DNA of 64,000 nucleotides from Octopus vulgaris (GCA_951406725.2 OX597816.1:160642001-160706000), one strand, 5' to 3'. Shown: positions 41,314-56,680, counted from the stretch's first letter. Notes: a model not told the origin generated them from the sequence alone. A program made the numbers and translations.

Positions 41314-41862
41314 TGCAGTACCAGACAGTAGCTCTCATGGTTTCTGATCTTAACTGATTGGAAGTGTTATCATGTACATTGTTTTGTCTTGGTATAAAAG
41401 ATGGGCTACTGCAAATATTCTACTCAATACCACAGATTTGCTTGTCAGTTGTTTGACCTTAACCAGTTGACCATGTCCCTTAGTGGTTGACGATATGTGC
41501 ATCTCTGACCACGAGCAGAAGTAGTGGGGGAAGCATCATAGCCGTGTGTTGAAAGAAATTCTTGGAGGTTTGGATAAGTTCCCTTTGAAAACATGGGTAG
41601 TTTGTTCAACATCCTTAAACAACCCTTATTCAGGGACCTTTTGAGCGGGATGGGCTACTCGACCAGAAGAAAATTCTAACTGGGCCCCACTTGCAAGGTC
41701 ATGCGCTGTTTATCTTGATATGAGATCACTATGTCGCGCACATATGGTTGTGATGCATGTGTCTGGTGTACCCTTATCAGACGGGTAGTCATGATATGTA
41801 TACTGGCCTTCGTATATTTTACCCCATTGTCACTTTGATGCCATGCACTGCTCTCTCACTCA
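41314..41862. mobile_element. Unclassified ~550-bp non-coding repeat flanked by (TAA/TGA)n
   Basis: Second, truncated copy at 43771-44130; TG...CA termini; internal TATAAAAG. Confidence 0.75.
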
Positions 41863-41877
41863 ATAATGATAATAATC

Positions 41878-42070
41878 TTTTCTAATATAGGCTCAAATCC
41901 TGAATTTTTGAGGCAGGGTACTAGTCGATGACACTGACCCCCAGTATCTACTGGTACTTATTTTATTGACCTCGAAAGGATGAAAGCAAAGTCGACCTCG
42001 CCGGAATTTGAACTTATAACGTACAGACGGACAAAATGCGCTAAGCATTTTGTCATCTTATCCGGCATGC

Positions 42071-42072
<2 letters not shown>
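41878..42072 (-). mobile_element. SINE family B
   Basis: Homology to 34070-34272. Confidence 0.8.
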
Positions 42073-42112
<40 letters not shown>

Positions 42113-42141
42113 TGATGATAATGATAATAATGATAATAATG

Positions 42142-42228
<87 letters not shown>

Positions 42229-42263
42229 GCATAGATAGAGGGCAGATAGATAGATAGATAGAT

Positions 42264-42339
<76 letters not shown>

Positions 42340-43131
42340 CGATAGATAAACATTATGCTTCAGACAAAGTAATAATTATCAGGAAATATTTAATTCTGAT
42401 CACGAACGCAACTGAAACGAGACCATTTTCCATGTTATTATTTCTTCTAACGTACAGCGATTTGTATTCCTAAGATCAGATCAGCATCATGATCATGATG
42501 ATGATGATGATCATCATCATCACACCACCACCACATGCATCATCATCATTATAATTATTGTCGCTGTTGTCGTTATCATCATCGTTATTATTATTTTTAT
42601 TTGATTTTTCATCATCATCATCATCATCATCATCATCGTTGTTGCTGCTATTATTATGCAGTTGTCCTTATCATCATCATCATTGCCATCATTATTATCA
42701 TCATCATCATCATCATCATCATCAACAACAACAGCACCACCATCACCACTACCACCACCACCACCACCACCACCATCACCATCACCACTACCACCATCAC
42801 CGCCACCATCATTTCTAAGTATTTATTTCAATGCTTGACATTTTCAAAATATGAAAATTGAGGTGATGGTAATCAGAAGAGTTTGATTCGGAGAATATCT
42901 TCTTCCTTTTCTTTTTTTGTTATTTGGTAATTTCTAATAATGTCTGTTTATTTCTATTTACGAATAAATGTGATGTGCCAACTTTTTTTGTTTTGTTGTG
43001 TTTTGTTTTCATATTCGCTTCAGATTTTTATTTTCTTCTTTTCTAGTTTCATTAATTTAACAGTGAAATCTTATAAAAATATTCTCTCCTGTAGAGAAAG
43101 AGATAGAAAGAGAAAGAGAGAGTGAGTGAGT

Positions 43132-43184
<53 letters not shown>

Positions 43185-43309
43185 TTGATTATTCTAAATT
43201 CATTTAAAACATTTTTTAAAAATGGCTCTTGTAGGTTATTTTCATAAACTTCTCTTTTTTATCTGAGTTAAAGAAATTTGGTAGTGTTGATGCGCTTGTT
43301 GTTGCAGCT

Positions 43310-43742
43310 GTGATGATGATGATGTTGATGATGGCGGCGGTGGTGGTGGTGATGATGGCGGTGGTGGTGGTAGTTGTAGTGGTTATGGTGGTGGCGGTGG
43401 TGGTAGTGGTTATGGTGGTGGTGGTGGTGGTTGTGGTGGTTATGTTGGTGGTAGTGACGGTTATAGTGGTGGTGATGATGGTAGTAGTGGTGTTGGTGGT
43501 TGTGGTAGTTATGGTGGTTGTGGTAGTTGTGGTGGTCATGGTGGTGGCGGTGGTGGTTGTGATGGTTATGTTGGCGGTGGTGATGATAGTGGTCATGGTG
43601 GTGGTGGTTGTGGTGGTTGTGGTGATTATGTTGATGGTGGTGGTGGTGCTGGTGGTTGTGGTGGTTATGGTGGCAGTGGTTGTTGTGGTGGTGATGGTGG
43701 TGGTTGTGGTGGTTGTGTTAGTGGTGGTGGTGGTGGTGGTGG
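43310..43742. repeat. Degenerate (GGT/GAT/GTT)n triplet repeat
   Basis: Seen directly; gives poly-V/poly-T ORFs. Confidence 0.95.
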
Positions 43743-43770
43743 TACTGCATCTATTAGTAATAATAATAGA

Positions 43771-44260
<490 letters not shown>

Positions 44261-44378
44261 CAAAATAATTTTTAAAGTCATCAAATAAGCTCACCAAGCA
44301 TCATGAAATGTTTTGTAATGTCCTGTTTTATCCTTTCTATGTAACTATTCATAATAAAGAATCATCTCTTGGGTACAC

Positions 44379-44421
44379 CTCATCGACAGGAGTCAAAAAT
44401 CTCGAAACATCGATGTCTGAG
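44379..44421 (+). ncRNA. Degenerate hammerhead-like motif
   Basis: CUCA [UCGACAG] GAG..CUC GAAA CAUCGAUG UC UGAG: all three stems and GAAA/GUC are present, but the 5' core is mutated. Confidence 0.45.
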
Positions 44422-44550
44422 ATTCCTAACAGATGGCGAGACTGAGCAAACTGGTGTTTTCACTCCTTTTTACCATATATATATATATATGTATTGATTT
44501 TTTGATTGATTCTAGTTTCAGGTTATGAGCTGTGGCCATGCTGGGGCACC

Positions 44551-44661
<111 letters not shown>

Positions 44662-44760
44662 GATTACAGATATAGAGTGAAATATGATTAATTTAATAAA
44701 ATCAACAAATTTCACCTAGTAGTATTTCGGTATGGAAAATGACCATATTCGGTAAAAATT

Positions 44761-45337
<577 letters not shown>

Positions 45338-45341
45338 TATA

Positions 45342-45713
45342 CTCTTTCATTTGTTTCAGTCATGTGACAGCGGCCATGCAGGAGCACCGACTTTGGTCGA
45401 AGAAATCGACCCAAGGACATATTCTTTGTAAGCTTAGTATTTATTCTATCGGTCCCTTTTGCCGAACCGCTAAGTTACGGGGACGTAAATACACCAACAA
45501 GCGATGTGGGGCAACAAATTCAGACACACAAGCATATACATATACACATATGACGGGCTACTTTCAGTTTCAGTCTACCAAATCCACTCACAAGGCTTAG
45601 GTTGGCCCGAGGCTATAGTAGAAGACACTTGCCCAAGATGTCACGCAGTGGGACTGAACCCGGAGCCATGTGGTTGGTAAGCAAGCTACTTACCACTCAG
45701 CCATCCTGCGCCT
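45342..45713 (-). mobile_element. SINE family A
   Basis: Homology to consensus. Confidence 0.9.
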
Positions 45714-46486
45714 TGTATATAAAGTTAAATTTGAAATTAAAATTAAGGTTTAAATAGACGTTAAAAAACAGTATCCAAACTTTGTTTCGGGTAAGTCACC
45801 TGCAGAGTACGTTCACCACTTATGGCTTCCAGGCGTCCTCCGTGGTTCTGCACTTTCGTCGCTGGATCTACCTAAGGACTTTCTATGTACACGTTAAGAA
45901 TATTCTAAATGATTGATATGGAAGACGAGGTATAACTAGAAGCTATATTTAGCGCAGCGATTGCCTTGACTGCCTTCTACACTGCTCCCTAGTGGGTGGG
46001 GAACAATGTAATGACATCAGATGCATCTCGGAGTGGAAAGGAGCCTCATCATGTGACGTAATAGACTTCAAAAGTTATAAGATTTACATTTCGCTGCAAG
46101 CTCAATGATATTGATATTATGGTGTGTTGTTAGTAGTTCACAGACATTAGTGAAGCAAAGATACTTGTGATTTGTATACAGGGAGTAATTGAAAAAAGAA
46201 GATACAAAGAATACAATGTAAAGTGGGGGGAAATGTTTGTGGCATTGGATTGGATGGCTCTAAAGCGTGTGGGGGCCTTTGATGGCAGGTTATGGTAGTC
46301 AAGCGTGATGGCGCGTTCAAGAATTTGGTGGGGATGTGATTCTCGGCTTTAAACTTGGTAGCTGCTTAATTGCCCTATGGCTCGTATCAATATCGGAACA
46401 TACACTGACTCACGCCAACGCCTATTAGAATCATAAAAGTACACACTCACATACACACGCACATAAGCACGCATTTATATGCACTC

Positions 46487-46878
46487 TTTTCTGCTCTAGG
46501 CACAAGGCCCGAAATTTTGGGGGAGGGAGCCAGACGACTAGATCGATCCAGTACGCAACTGGTACTTAGTTTATCGACCCCGAAAGGATGAAAGGCAAAG
46601 TTGACCTCGGCGGAATTTGAACTCAGAACATAAAGACAGACGAAATACCTATTTCTTTACTACCCACAAGGGGCTAAACAAAGAGAGGACAAACAAGGAC
46701 AGACAAACGGGTTAAGTCGATTATATCGACCCAAGTGCGTAACTGGAACTTAATTTATCGACCCCGAAAGGATGAAAGGCAAAGTCGACCTCGGCGGAAT
46801 TTGAACTCAGAACGTAGCGGCAGACGAAATACGGCTACGCATTTCGCCCGGTGTGCTAACGATTATGCCAGCCGCCTT
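46487..46878 (-). mobile_element. SINE family B, tandem dimer
   Basis: Central domain present twice. Confidence 0.85.
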
Positions 46879-46951
46879 TCGCATTTATACGCACTCGTGC
46901 CATTCAGCGTATGTACATAGACGCATCCATCCATTTATGCATATAACACCG

Positions 46952-47002
<51 letters not shown>

Positions 47003-47556
47003 CGTGCGCGCGCGCACACACACACATATTTGCGTGTGCGTAAGGTATATTATATATATATGTATTAAATAAACTTCAGGTAGCGACAATTGGAACCATC
47101 TCAACAGATGAAAATACAGACCTTCAAAGATCGAGTGTGCATGCCCCTCAAATCGCTCTCAAATTGTGTCGTTGGAATTCCTCTTTGGAATCAAGCCTCC
47201 AACGAAGAGATTGTTTAAGATAATGCACTGAATGTAATAAAAATACACTGACGGGTAAGAAAGAGGAAATGAAGCTACCCGAAACCAATTACATTATCTT
47301 GTAAATTAAAGAATCTGATGTTATTTGGAATTAAAGTTGGAAAATTTGGGTACTTTTAGCCAATCAACAGACAGCGTGGCATTAGCTGCTTGTAACCATG
47401 ACAACCGCATGCTGCGTTGTGGTTCACTGTTGTCTATGCCGCTGTTGTCTGTGTTCATTTTTCACACTTGATTCTTCACACCACGAGATTCTTTTCACCC
47501 GCGTGTTTTATTTCAATTTGTCTGCGTGTTAGTATATTACATATTTTTCTGTGCTC

Positions 47557-47664
47557 CTGTGTGTTAGTATTTTTCTGAGCTGTTTACTGTGTGTTAGTAT
47601 TTTTCTGAGCTGTTTACTGTGTGTTAGTATTTTTCTGAGTTGTTTACTGTGTGTTAGTATTTTT
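47557..47664. repeat. 30-bp minisatellite, ~3.6 copies
   Basis: Unit CTGTGTGTTAGTATTTTTCTGAGCTGTTTA. Confidence 0.92.
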
Positions 47665-48074
47665 ATATATTTTTCATTTCATATATTTTTGCGACTCATT
47701 GATTCGGATAGCTGGATTTATGATTTCACTAGGTTAATTCTATTCATAAACATTTAAATTAGGAGTATTTCTTAAATCGTTAGCTTCACATTTCAACAGC
47801 TTAACTGAAATTTAACCCACGTAACAGGAACTGAGAGGGTATCGTGGAACAGAGAAACTGTCGGTGATACAGATAATCTGACATTGTTTTTGAATTCTGC
47901 ATGCAAAACCATATGAGATACAGGCATTCTTTTCCTTGTGACAAATACTTTGTTGACCAGTGTTATTCTTATCGTAGTTTACAAATCTAAGCATGAAAAC
48001 GTTACTCACCTTTGGAGTTTTGGAGACATACGCCACATTTTTACACACGCGCGCGTACACACACGCACTTATAT

Positions 48075-48332
48075 TCTTTTATTTGTTTCAGTCACTTGAC
48101 TGCGGCCATGCTAGAGCACTGCCTTTAGTCGATCAAATAGACCCCAGGACTTATTCTTTGTAAGCCTAGTACTTATTCTATCGGTCACTTGCCGAACCGC
48201 TAAGTGACGGGGACGTAAACACACCAGCATCGGTTGTCAAGTGATGTCCAGGAATCGAACACGCGACCTAACCATTAGACCATTTACAATAAGAAAATCA
48301 AACACAGATACACAAACATATGCATATACATG

Positions 48333-48396
<64 letters not shown>

Positions 48397-48560
48397 CGAT
48401 GGGCTTCTTTCAGTTTCCGTCTAACAAATCTACTCACAAGGCTTTGGTCATCCCGAGGCCATAGTAGAAGACATTTGCCCAAGGTGCCACGCAGTGGGAC
48501 TGAACCCGGGACCATGTGGTTGGTAAGCAAGCCACTTACCAGACAGGCACTCCTGCGCCT
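48075..48560 (-). mobile_element. SINE family A with a 57-bp foreign insert
   Basis: Homology to consensus; insert at 48246-48302. Confidence 0.9.
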
Positions 48561-49872
48561 TATTAATGCTGTACACACATACATGACACGTATACATAAT
48601 ACTGAAATACGCATAAAGTAAACACATGCAGACAAATATATTAATATAACAATTTTTTTATTATTATTTAAAAATACAATCAATGAAGAGACAAGCGAAA
48701 CAGTAAGATGATACATGTTGATTTTATTAGGTACTTCTGTTTATTTAGAAACCTACAATGAAATTAGGTATTTCTGTTTATTTAGAAACCTACAATGAAC
48801 AGGTAAGATGCTAAACTATAAATTTCACAGGATACAACCTTAAAGTTGACACCGCTTCGCTAAACGCAGAAAATTTCTGTATCACTATTGGCTATAAATA
48901 CGCAGTTTTACCGATTTTTAAACTTCTGTAACTTCTTTCTCCAATTTTTTTTTCTCCACAAATTCATACCTTCAAAGCAATGAGACTGGAAGGCTACATT
49001 ATTATAGCTGATTTTCAGATTTTTTTACTTCCTTTTAAAAAATATATATTTTGAGAATGAAAAAAAAACTAGATCCCAAGGTAGTGACATGCGCAAACTA
49101 GTTTCAACCGATGGTTTCGGATAAACATTTTGTAAAACGATTTCAGAATTTTTTAACCACATCCTAATTTATACCTGAAGTATTGCCAGTAACAAACAAC
49201 CAACAGTTATTCGCGAGCAAGTAAGGACTGGGTAACTTTACCATGCTTTGGCCAATTATTTTAGGTACATGTGTAGTCAAGAGCAAATACAGATACTCTC
49301 TTGGTTCTCTGACCGTTGCCCCAACGGAACATCGAGACGTGACAGTTAGTGAGAGAAAGAGAGCGCGCGCGCGCGTGTGTGTGCTTGTGTGCGCATGCGC
49401 CACTAGCAATCAGGTTATTGCTCATTTACAGCCCAATAGACTTGAACAACGTGAAATGAAATAATTTGCTCGAAGACACACCACCCCGTCCTGTCCAGGA
49501 ATCGAACACATGACCTTATTATCATGAGTCCAACTCCCTAGCCATTAGACCAGTTACAATAAGAAAATCAAATTATGAATTCGGTCAGCAACAAATAATA
49601 TCAATAATTGCAAAACGAAATGACGATAACATCTAGCAATTAAATTTATGACGGGTTATAAAGAGCGAAAAAAGTATAATTGAATATAACTTATATTGTT
49701 CATTAATATTATAAACTGATAATGCATTAAATTAATTGCGAAACTACAAAATTAATTATATTTGATATAAAGGCACTTAATTTTACGAAACATCCAAATA
49801 GTTAAAAACCTAAGAAGTTGGCGTTTAATCAATAAAACAAACGAAGAAAGCAAACAATGAAGCCATTTAATT

Positions 49873-49948
<76 letters not shown>

Positions 49949-49986
49949 TAATAATGATAATAATGATGATGATGATGATGATGATA

Positions 49987-50066
<80 letters not shown>

Positions 50067-50067
<1 letters not shown>

Positions 50068-51010
50068 TGAAGAAAAATAACAACAAAGGCTGTAAAACAA
50101 ATGAAATCCAAACTAAAACTAGAACTGTAACAGATCATGATAAAACGATGGCAAGAAAAGTCCCTTCATGGCAAATACTGGATTAAACTAAACGCAAAAA
50201 AAATAGATAAAGCAAAATCCCAACAATGGTTGAGAAGCTCAGGACTCAAAGCAGAGACTGAAGGATGTTTAATTGCAGCACAAGACCAAAGCCTCATCAC
50301 TAGAAATTACCAAAAACATGTAATGAAAAGAAACATAACAAGTAACTGCAGAATATGCGAAGGACAAGAAACAATAAATAATATATCATATTGTCTCTGG
50401 CTGCCCAGTCCTGGCTAAGAAGGAATATATTCACAGCCACGACAGAGTTGGGACCTACATACACTGGAAGCTATGCCAACACTATATAATAACAGCAGAA
50501 AAAGATGGTTTAGGCACACGCCAGAAAAGGTCACAGAAAATGAGAAAGCAATAATACTATGGGATATGTCAAAACACCAGATAGAGAAATTAAGGCCAAT
50601 AGGCCAGATATAGTTGTCAGAGATCATCAAGAAAAAAATGCTAATTCATGTATCAAGACCAACAGATGATAACGTTACTCTAAAAGAAATGGAGAAACTT
50701 TCAAAATACAAAGACCTGAAAATAGAAATAAATCGAATGTGGAGTCTAAAAATAGAAACAATTCCTATCATAGTAGGCACATTAGGTATGATAAAAAAAT
50801 ATTCAGACAAATACATAGCAAAAACACCAGGACTAACAAATATATGGAACATACAGAAAATAGCACTACTAGGCACCGCACACATCTTAAGTAAAACACT
50901 TTCATTACAGTAGCAATAAGAGCATCACAACAAACCACAACGCATACCCAAGGCACACAAATCTGTGCTCGGTAGTGCAGTGAAAGCACGTGATAAAAAT
51001 AAGACTAATG
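50067..51010 (+). mobile_element. RLE (R4/Dong-like) 3' fragment, family 4, in (TAA)n
   Basis: WQEKSLHGKY..WLRSSGLKAETEG..AAQDQSL..CRIC..KYKDL..LLGTAHIL; 3' UTR matches 35970-36067. Confidence 0.9.
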
Positions 51011-51054
51011 AATAATAACAATAACAGCAACAACAACAATAATAATAAGTAATA

Positions 51055-51109
<55 letters not shown>

Positions 51110-51192
51110 TAATAATGCTGGTGATGATGATGATAATGATGACGATGATGATGATGATGATGATGAGGAGGAGGAGGAGGAGGAGGATGATG

Positions 51193-51226
<34 letters not shown>

Positions 51227-51232
51227 TAATAA

Positions 51233-51263
<31 letters not shown>

Positions 51264-51304
51264 AAGAAGAAGAAGAAGGAGAAGAAGAATATTCAAGTCT
51301 TTTA

Positions 51305-51479
51305 TCTTTTACTTATTTCAGTCATTTGACGGCGGCTTTAGTCGAATAAATTAATCCCGGGTCTCTTTTTCTTTTAAAGCTCTGTACATATTTTATCGGT
51401 CACTTTTGCCGAACCGATAAGTTATGAGATCGTAAAGTCACCGACACCGGTTGTCAAAGAGGACAAATACAGACACAAA

Positions 51480-51555
<76 letters not shown>

Positions 51556-51742
51556 TATACGATAGGCGTCTTTCAGTTTCCGTCTACCAAATCCACTCAC
51601 GAAGTATCGGCCAGTTAGAGGCAATAGCAGGTTGGCCCGAGGCTATAGTAGAAGACACTTGCCCAAAGCGTCACGCAGCGGGACTGAACACGGAACCATG
51701 TGGTCGGGAAGCAAGCTTCTTACCACACAGCTACGACTGGCC
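51305..51742 (-). mobile_element. SINE family A
   Basis: Homology to consensus. Confidence 0.85.
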
Positions 51743-51796
51743 TTATACACCTTAGACTTTCATCCTACCATCACCCAATACTTTTCAGCACAACCT

Positions 51797-51840
<44 letters not shown>

Positions 51841-52281
51841 GATCGTATTCAATGAGAAATGTATGAACACGATATCGTGGTAAACTTCAGAAAAATGTCT
51901 CATTTCTCAGTTTTCCTAAAACGAAATCAATATTCCTTATATCACAAGAACTCATATCATGTATATGTTGTATATTGTATATCACACAATATATCATGTA
52001 TATCGTCTACTGGATGTGGCTTGTTATATATTTCATCTTATATTTTTATACTTGTGTTAGTCATTAGACTATGGCCATGCTGGTGCACCGCTTTGAAAAA
52101 GTTTTAATCGAATGAATCGGTCTCATTACTTTTTCTTAAACTTGGTACTTATTTTATCAGTGTCTTTTGCCGAACCGCCGAGTTACGAGGACGTAAACAC
52201 AACACTGGTTGTCAGCTGTATATATTGTATACATAAACAACCAAACGACAAAAAGCTTACATACTGCATATTGTATATCAT

Positions 52282-52465
52282 ACTGGCACTATGACCCTGC
52301 AACGCCAGGTGACTGGGGAAATGTAAAGATGTGCACGACCACCCTTGGACGGTTTTAAATGATCATAGAAAGTGCGAGCCCTCTAACTGAAAAATTGTTG
52401 ATTTGTATAAAGGATACACGCACACACAGAGACAGACATTTTGCCGTTTATATATAGAGAGATAT
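52282..52465. mobile_element. Short Helitron-like non-autonomous element
   Basis: Termini resemble those of 44950-45337. Confidence 0.5.
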
Positions 52466-52935
52466 TGTATAGTGGATATTATGTCTCATGTTATATATTG
52501 TCTATCACATATAGAATTTTATATAGTGTATGTTATGAGGTGACATGCGTAGACGATTGTTGCTATAGCAGCTAGTCTGTTTCGTGTAGCTCCTTCCTGT
52601 TGTTCATGACTGGCCTCAATTTGTTTATAAGGAGAGCTTTCATAATTTTGAGATTGCCTCTATTGCGTCGTTTGCCTTGATGGAAACTTTGAAAACCTGG
52701 GTTTGGCATAAAAAAAAGAGAGAGAGAGGGAGAAACACCTTAGGAAGTGCCAAACACAGTATTCCAAAGTTTGCCTAGATACGCAAATATATGCATGAGA
52801 ATTCTTACATAAAACAAAACATACAAATCTGCACGTATACGTACATACATACAAAAAGACACTGCTATTGTTGAAATTCCAATGGAGGAATCTTTCTCTA
52901 TTGGCAAGAAATCTTGAAATAAAACTGAATAATGA

Positions 52936-53612
52936 CATATATACATACATGCATGCATGCATACATACATACATAAATACATACATACATACATACATAC
53001 ATACATACATACATGCATGCATGCATGCATACATACATAAATACATACATACATACATACATACATACATGCATGCATGCATGCATACATACATACATGC
53101 ATACATACATACATACATATATGCATACATACAAACATACATACATGCATACATACATATATACATTCATACATACATACCTACATACAAACATATATAC
53201 ATACATACATACATACATACATACAAACATACATACATACATACAAACATACATACAGGCATACATGCATGCATGCATACATACATACATACTTACATAC
53301 ATACATAATACATAATACATACATACATGCATACATGCATACATACATATATTCATACATACATATATTCATACATACATACATACATACATACATACAT
53401 ACATACATACATACATACATACATACAAGAACACTCTGCTGTTGAAATTCCAATGAAGGAGTCTTTCTCTATTGGCAAGAAATCTTGAAATAAAACTGAA
53501 TAATGACATACATACATACATGCATACATACATACATACATACATACATAAATACATACATACATACATACATACATACATACATACATACATACATACA
53601 TACATACATACA
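52936..53612. repeat. (ATAC)n microsatellite region
   Basis: Seen directly. Confidence 0.95.
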
Positions 53613-54012
53613 TGGTGGCTGCCCCCTCGTTATCGAGTATGGCCATTGCATGAAGCTTAATCAATGTTGTTATCGTGCAATGCCTGTGCAAGAAGATTTT
53701 TTTTTAAAGTGAGGAAAGGCTGTGCACTGAGTCAATCCCACTCACTAAGCAACAGCAGCCATAATCCGAAAAGAAAAGCATGTCAACATCATCGGTAACC
53801 ACTGCGCCGCAGGATTTATGTCGGAGTTATCTCAGTTACCTGAGTTACCTTCTCCAAGAAGGATGCCCTAACAAAGGCTAGGAGTCCTTCACTCCCAATG
53901 GTTTAACCGCGCGATCGGGTATTCAGTCCGATTATTTCCATGGCCCCGCGCATGATACAGCCTTAAGACATTTATTGATGGCCATTGACTCTCAAGAGTT
54001 CCTCTGCCCTTA
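53613..54012 (-). mobile_element. Probable RTE-related non-autonomous element flanked by (TATG)n
   Basis: ~400-bp GC-balanced island; minus strand has an RTE-5'UTR-like CTCCTAGCCTTTGTTAGGGCATCC..GGAGAAGGTAACTC (from recall). Confidence 0.4.
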
Positions 54013-54279
54013 GATACATACATACATACATACATACATACATACATACATAGAGAATACCGTCTCGTATATCGGCAGTGATGACTTCCCATGCAACCCC
54101 AAAACAGCTGGATTAACATACCACAAAGAAGACGTAGATGTGAAACGCTCAGCATACGAAAAAATTAAGACTACGCATGCGTGTGTTTTCTGAAGAGTTG
54201 AAGATGACTCTATTATCGACATGAAGGGCAACCTATCTTAGCCTTGTGGCTGCTACATCACATCACACTTAAAAAAATA

Positions 54280-54710
54280 TGCATTTGAAATCCAAGAACA
54301 TGTGATTACTACAAAATACCGAGCGAACAAAAGAGTCAGTGAAGTGATTCGACCGCCAAGATGCAACCGAAATTGTAGAGTGTGTCTGTTATGTGTAACA
54401 TTTCTGTGGAAGATATCACACATGTGATCAGTAGTTGATTCAAAATGTCATCATAGGCACTACCTCCCAATGCGATATGACGTTGTCGCTAAGATAATAT
54501 GCAATGAAATTTATAAAAGACTGTCCTGGCATAAATATAGAGAATTTCCTCCTGTTATCAGATACATACACAAACATCAATGCAAGGAATATTGGCGGAA
54601 CATACTCATCAAAACTACTAAGTGCAAGTATAACAGGCCGGATGTTATTGTTTGTGAAAAAGTATATACCGTTATAGAGGATGTTGCTCTACTGATGTGA
54701 ATATCTGTTC
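54280..54710 (+). pseudogene. Old RLE retrotransposon fragment, family 5
   Basis: AFEIQEHVITTKY..CRVC..EDITHVISS..LPMRYDVVAK..KYNRPDVIV. Confidence 0.75.
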
Positions 54711-54834
54711 GAAAATCTTTTTTGGGCCGATAAATTAAGTAGCAGTTGAGTATAAAAGTCGATCTGATCGACTGGCCCCTCCTCAAAAGTTTCAGGCCTT
54801 GTACCTAGAGTAGGAAGCAAAACACAACAAAAAT

Positions 54835-55410
54835 TGAATCGTTAGCACGCTGGGCGAAATACTTAGCAGTATTTCGTCTGGCGTTACGTTCTGAGTTCAA
54901 ATTCCGCCGAGATTGACTTTGCATTTCATCCTTTCGGGGTCGATTAAATAAGTACCAGTTACACACTGGGGTCGATATAATCGACTTAATCCGTTTGTCT
55001 ATCCTTGTTTGTCCTCTCTGTGTTTAGCCCCTTGTGGGTAGTAAAGAAATAGGTATTTCGTCTGCCGTTACATTCTGAGTTCAAATTCCGCCGACGTCGA
55101 CTTTGCCTTTCATCCTTTCGGGGTCGATTAAATAAGTACCAGTTACACACTGGGGTCGATATAATCGACTTAATCCGTTTGTCTGTCCTTGTTTGTCCTA
55201 TCTGTGTTTAGCCCCTTGTGGGTTGTAAAGAAATATAAATAGGTATTTCGCCCGTCGCTCCGTTCTGAGTTCCAATTCTGCCGAGGTCGACTATGCCTTT
55301 CATCCTTTCAGGGTCGATAAATTAAGTACCAGTTGGGTATTGGGGTCGATAAAATCGACTTACTTGTTCCCCAAATTTCAGGCCTTGTGCCTATAGTAGA
55401 AAGGATTATA
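54835..55410 (+). mobile_element. SINE family B, tandem trimer (~185-bp unit)
   Basis: Units start at 54869, 55053 and 55243. Confidence 0.9.
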
Positions 55411-55995
55411 TGCTATAAATCATATATTATGCATTGTATATCACATTTTGTACTGTGTATTATATGCTACATATTGCATACACACACACACACATATATA
55501 TGCAATATATAAGCAGGTGCACTGTATGAATATCATTTATACAATATACCATACCACTGCATATGTATCATTCAATGGAGCTCCTTTCCAAATAAATGCA
55601 GCATCAGTTTTCTTCAACGATTTTTCAATAAAATTATCAACAGAAAAAAAAAAAACCCTACACCAAATAAAAACAACAGCAAAAAATCTATAAAATATAT
55701 TTACCTCCCTGCTCCTTCTTTCTTCTCCTTCCCCCTCCACTCTCCATCCACCTCGCCTCTCACTTTCTCTTATACTCTCACGCACACGTATGCAGTCTTT
55801 GTGTTTCTTTCTACATCAATCTCTCGTGCCACTTGTCTCTGTCTCATTGTTTTTTCTCTCAATATAAGACATTATCGATCACCAGCTACAGTTATTGCTT
55901 GCTTCAACTAAATATATGATTTATCGTCAGTTTGACGCTTAAAATGTTTTGTAGGTGGCACAGTATGCCTATGTATCTAAGTATTTTTTTTTGTG

Positions 55996-56027
<32 letters not shown>

Positions 56028-56071
56028 TGTATGTATGTATGTATGTATGTATGTATGTATATATGTATGTA

Positions 56072-56680
56072 TGTCATTATTCAGTTTATTTCAAGATTTC
56101 TTGCCAATAGAGAAAGGACCGGTTTCTAACGTAGATCCAACGTTCCTTCATTGGAATTTCAACATCAACAACAGGGTATGTATGTATGTGTGTATGTATG
56201 TATGTATGTATGTATGTATGTATGTATGTATGTATGTATGTATGTATGTATGTATGTATGTATGTATGTATGTATGTATGTATGTTTGTATGTATGTATG
56301 TATGTTTTATGTTTGTATTCTCATGCATATAGTTACATATCTAATGTATGTATGTATGTATGTATGTATGTATGTATGTATGTATGTATGTATGTATGTA
56401 TGTATGCATTCATGTATATATGTATGTGTGTCATTATTCAGCTTTATTTCAAGATTTCCTGCCAATAGAGAAAGAGCCGGTTTCTAACCTAGATCCAAGG
56501 CTCTTTCGTTGGAATTACAACATCAACAACAGGGTATTTTTATTTGTTTGTATGTAAGCATGCATGCACGTATGTATATGTGCAGATTTGTATGTTTTTT
56601 ATGTATATATTCTCATGCATATATTTGTGTATCTATACGTGCTCATATATATTTAAATGATAAACTTCTGGTAAGTTTTA
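56072..56680 (+). mobile_element. Two tandem copies of the (TATG)n-associated repeat
   Basis: 56072-56178 and 56429-56680 match 29628-29930. Confidence 0.85.

Noticed and set aside
41761-41788. GTCTG/CAGAC plus TACCC/GGGTA pseudoknot
   Set aside because: Zero-length connecting loop and only one copy visible; cannot be supported.
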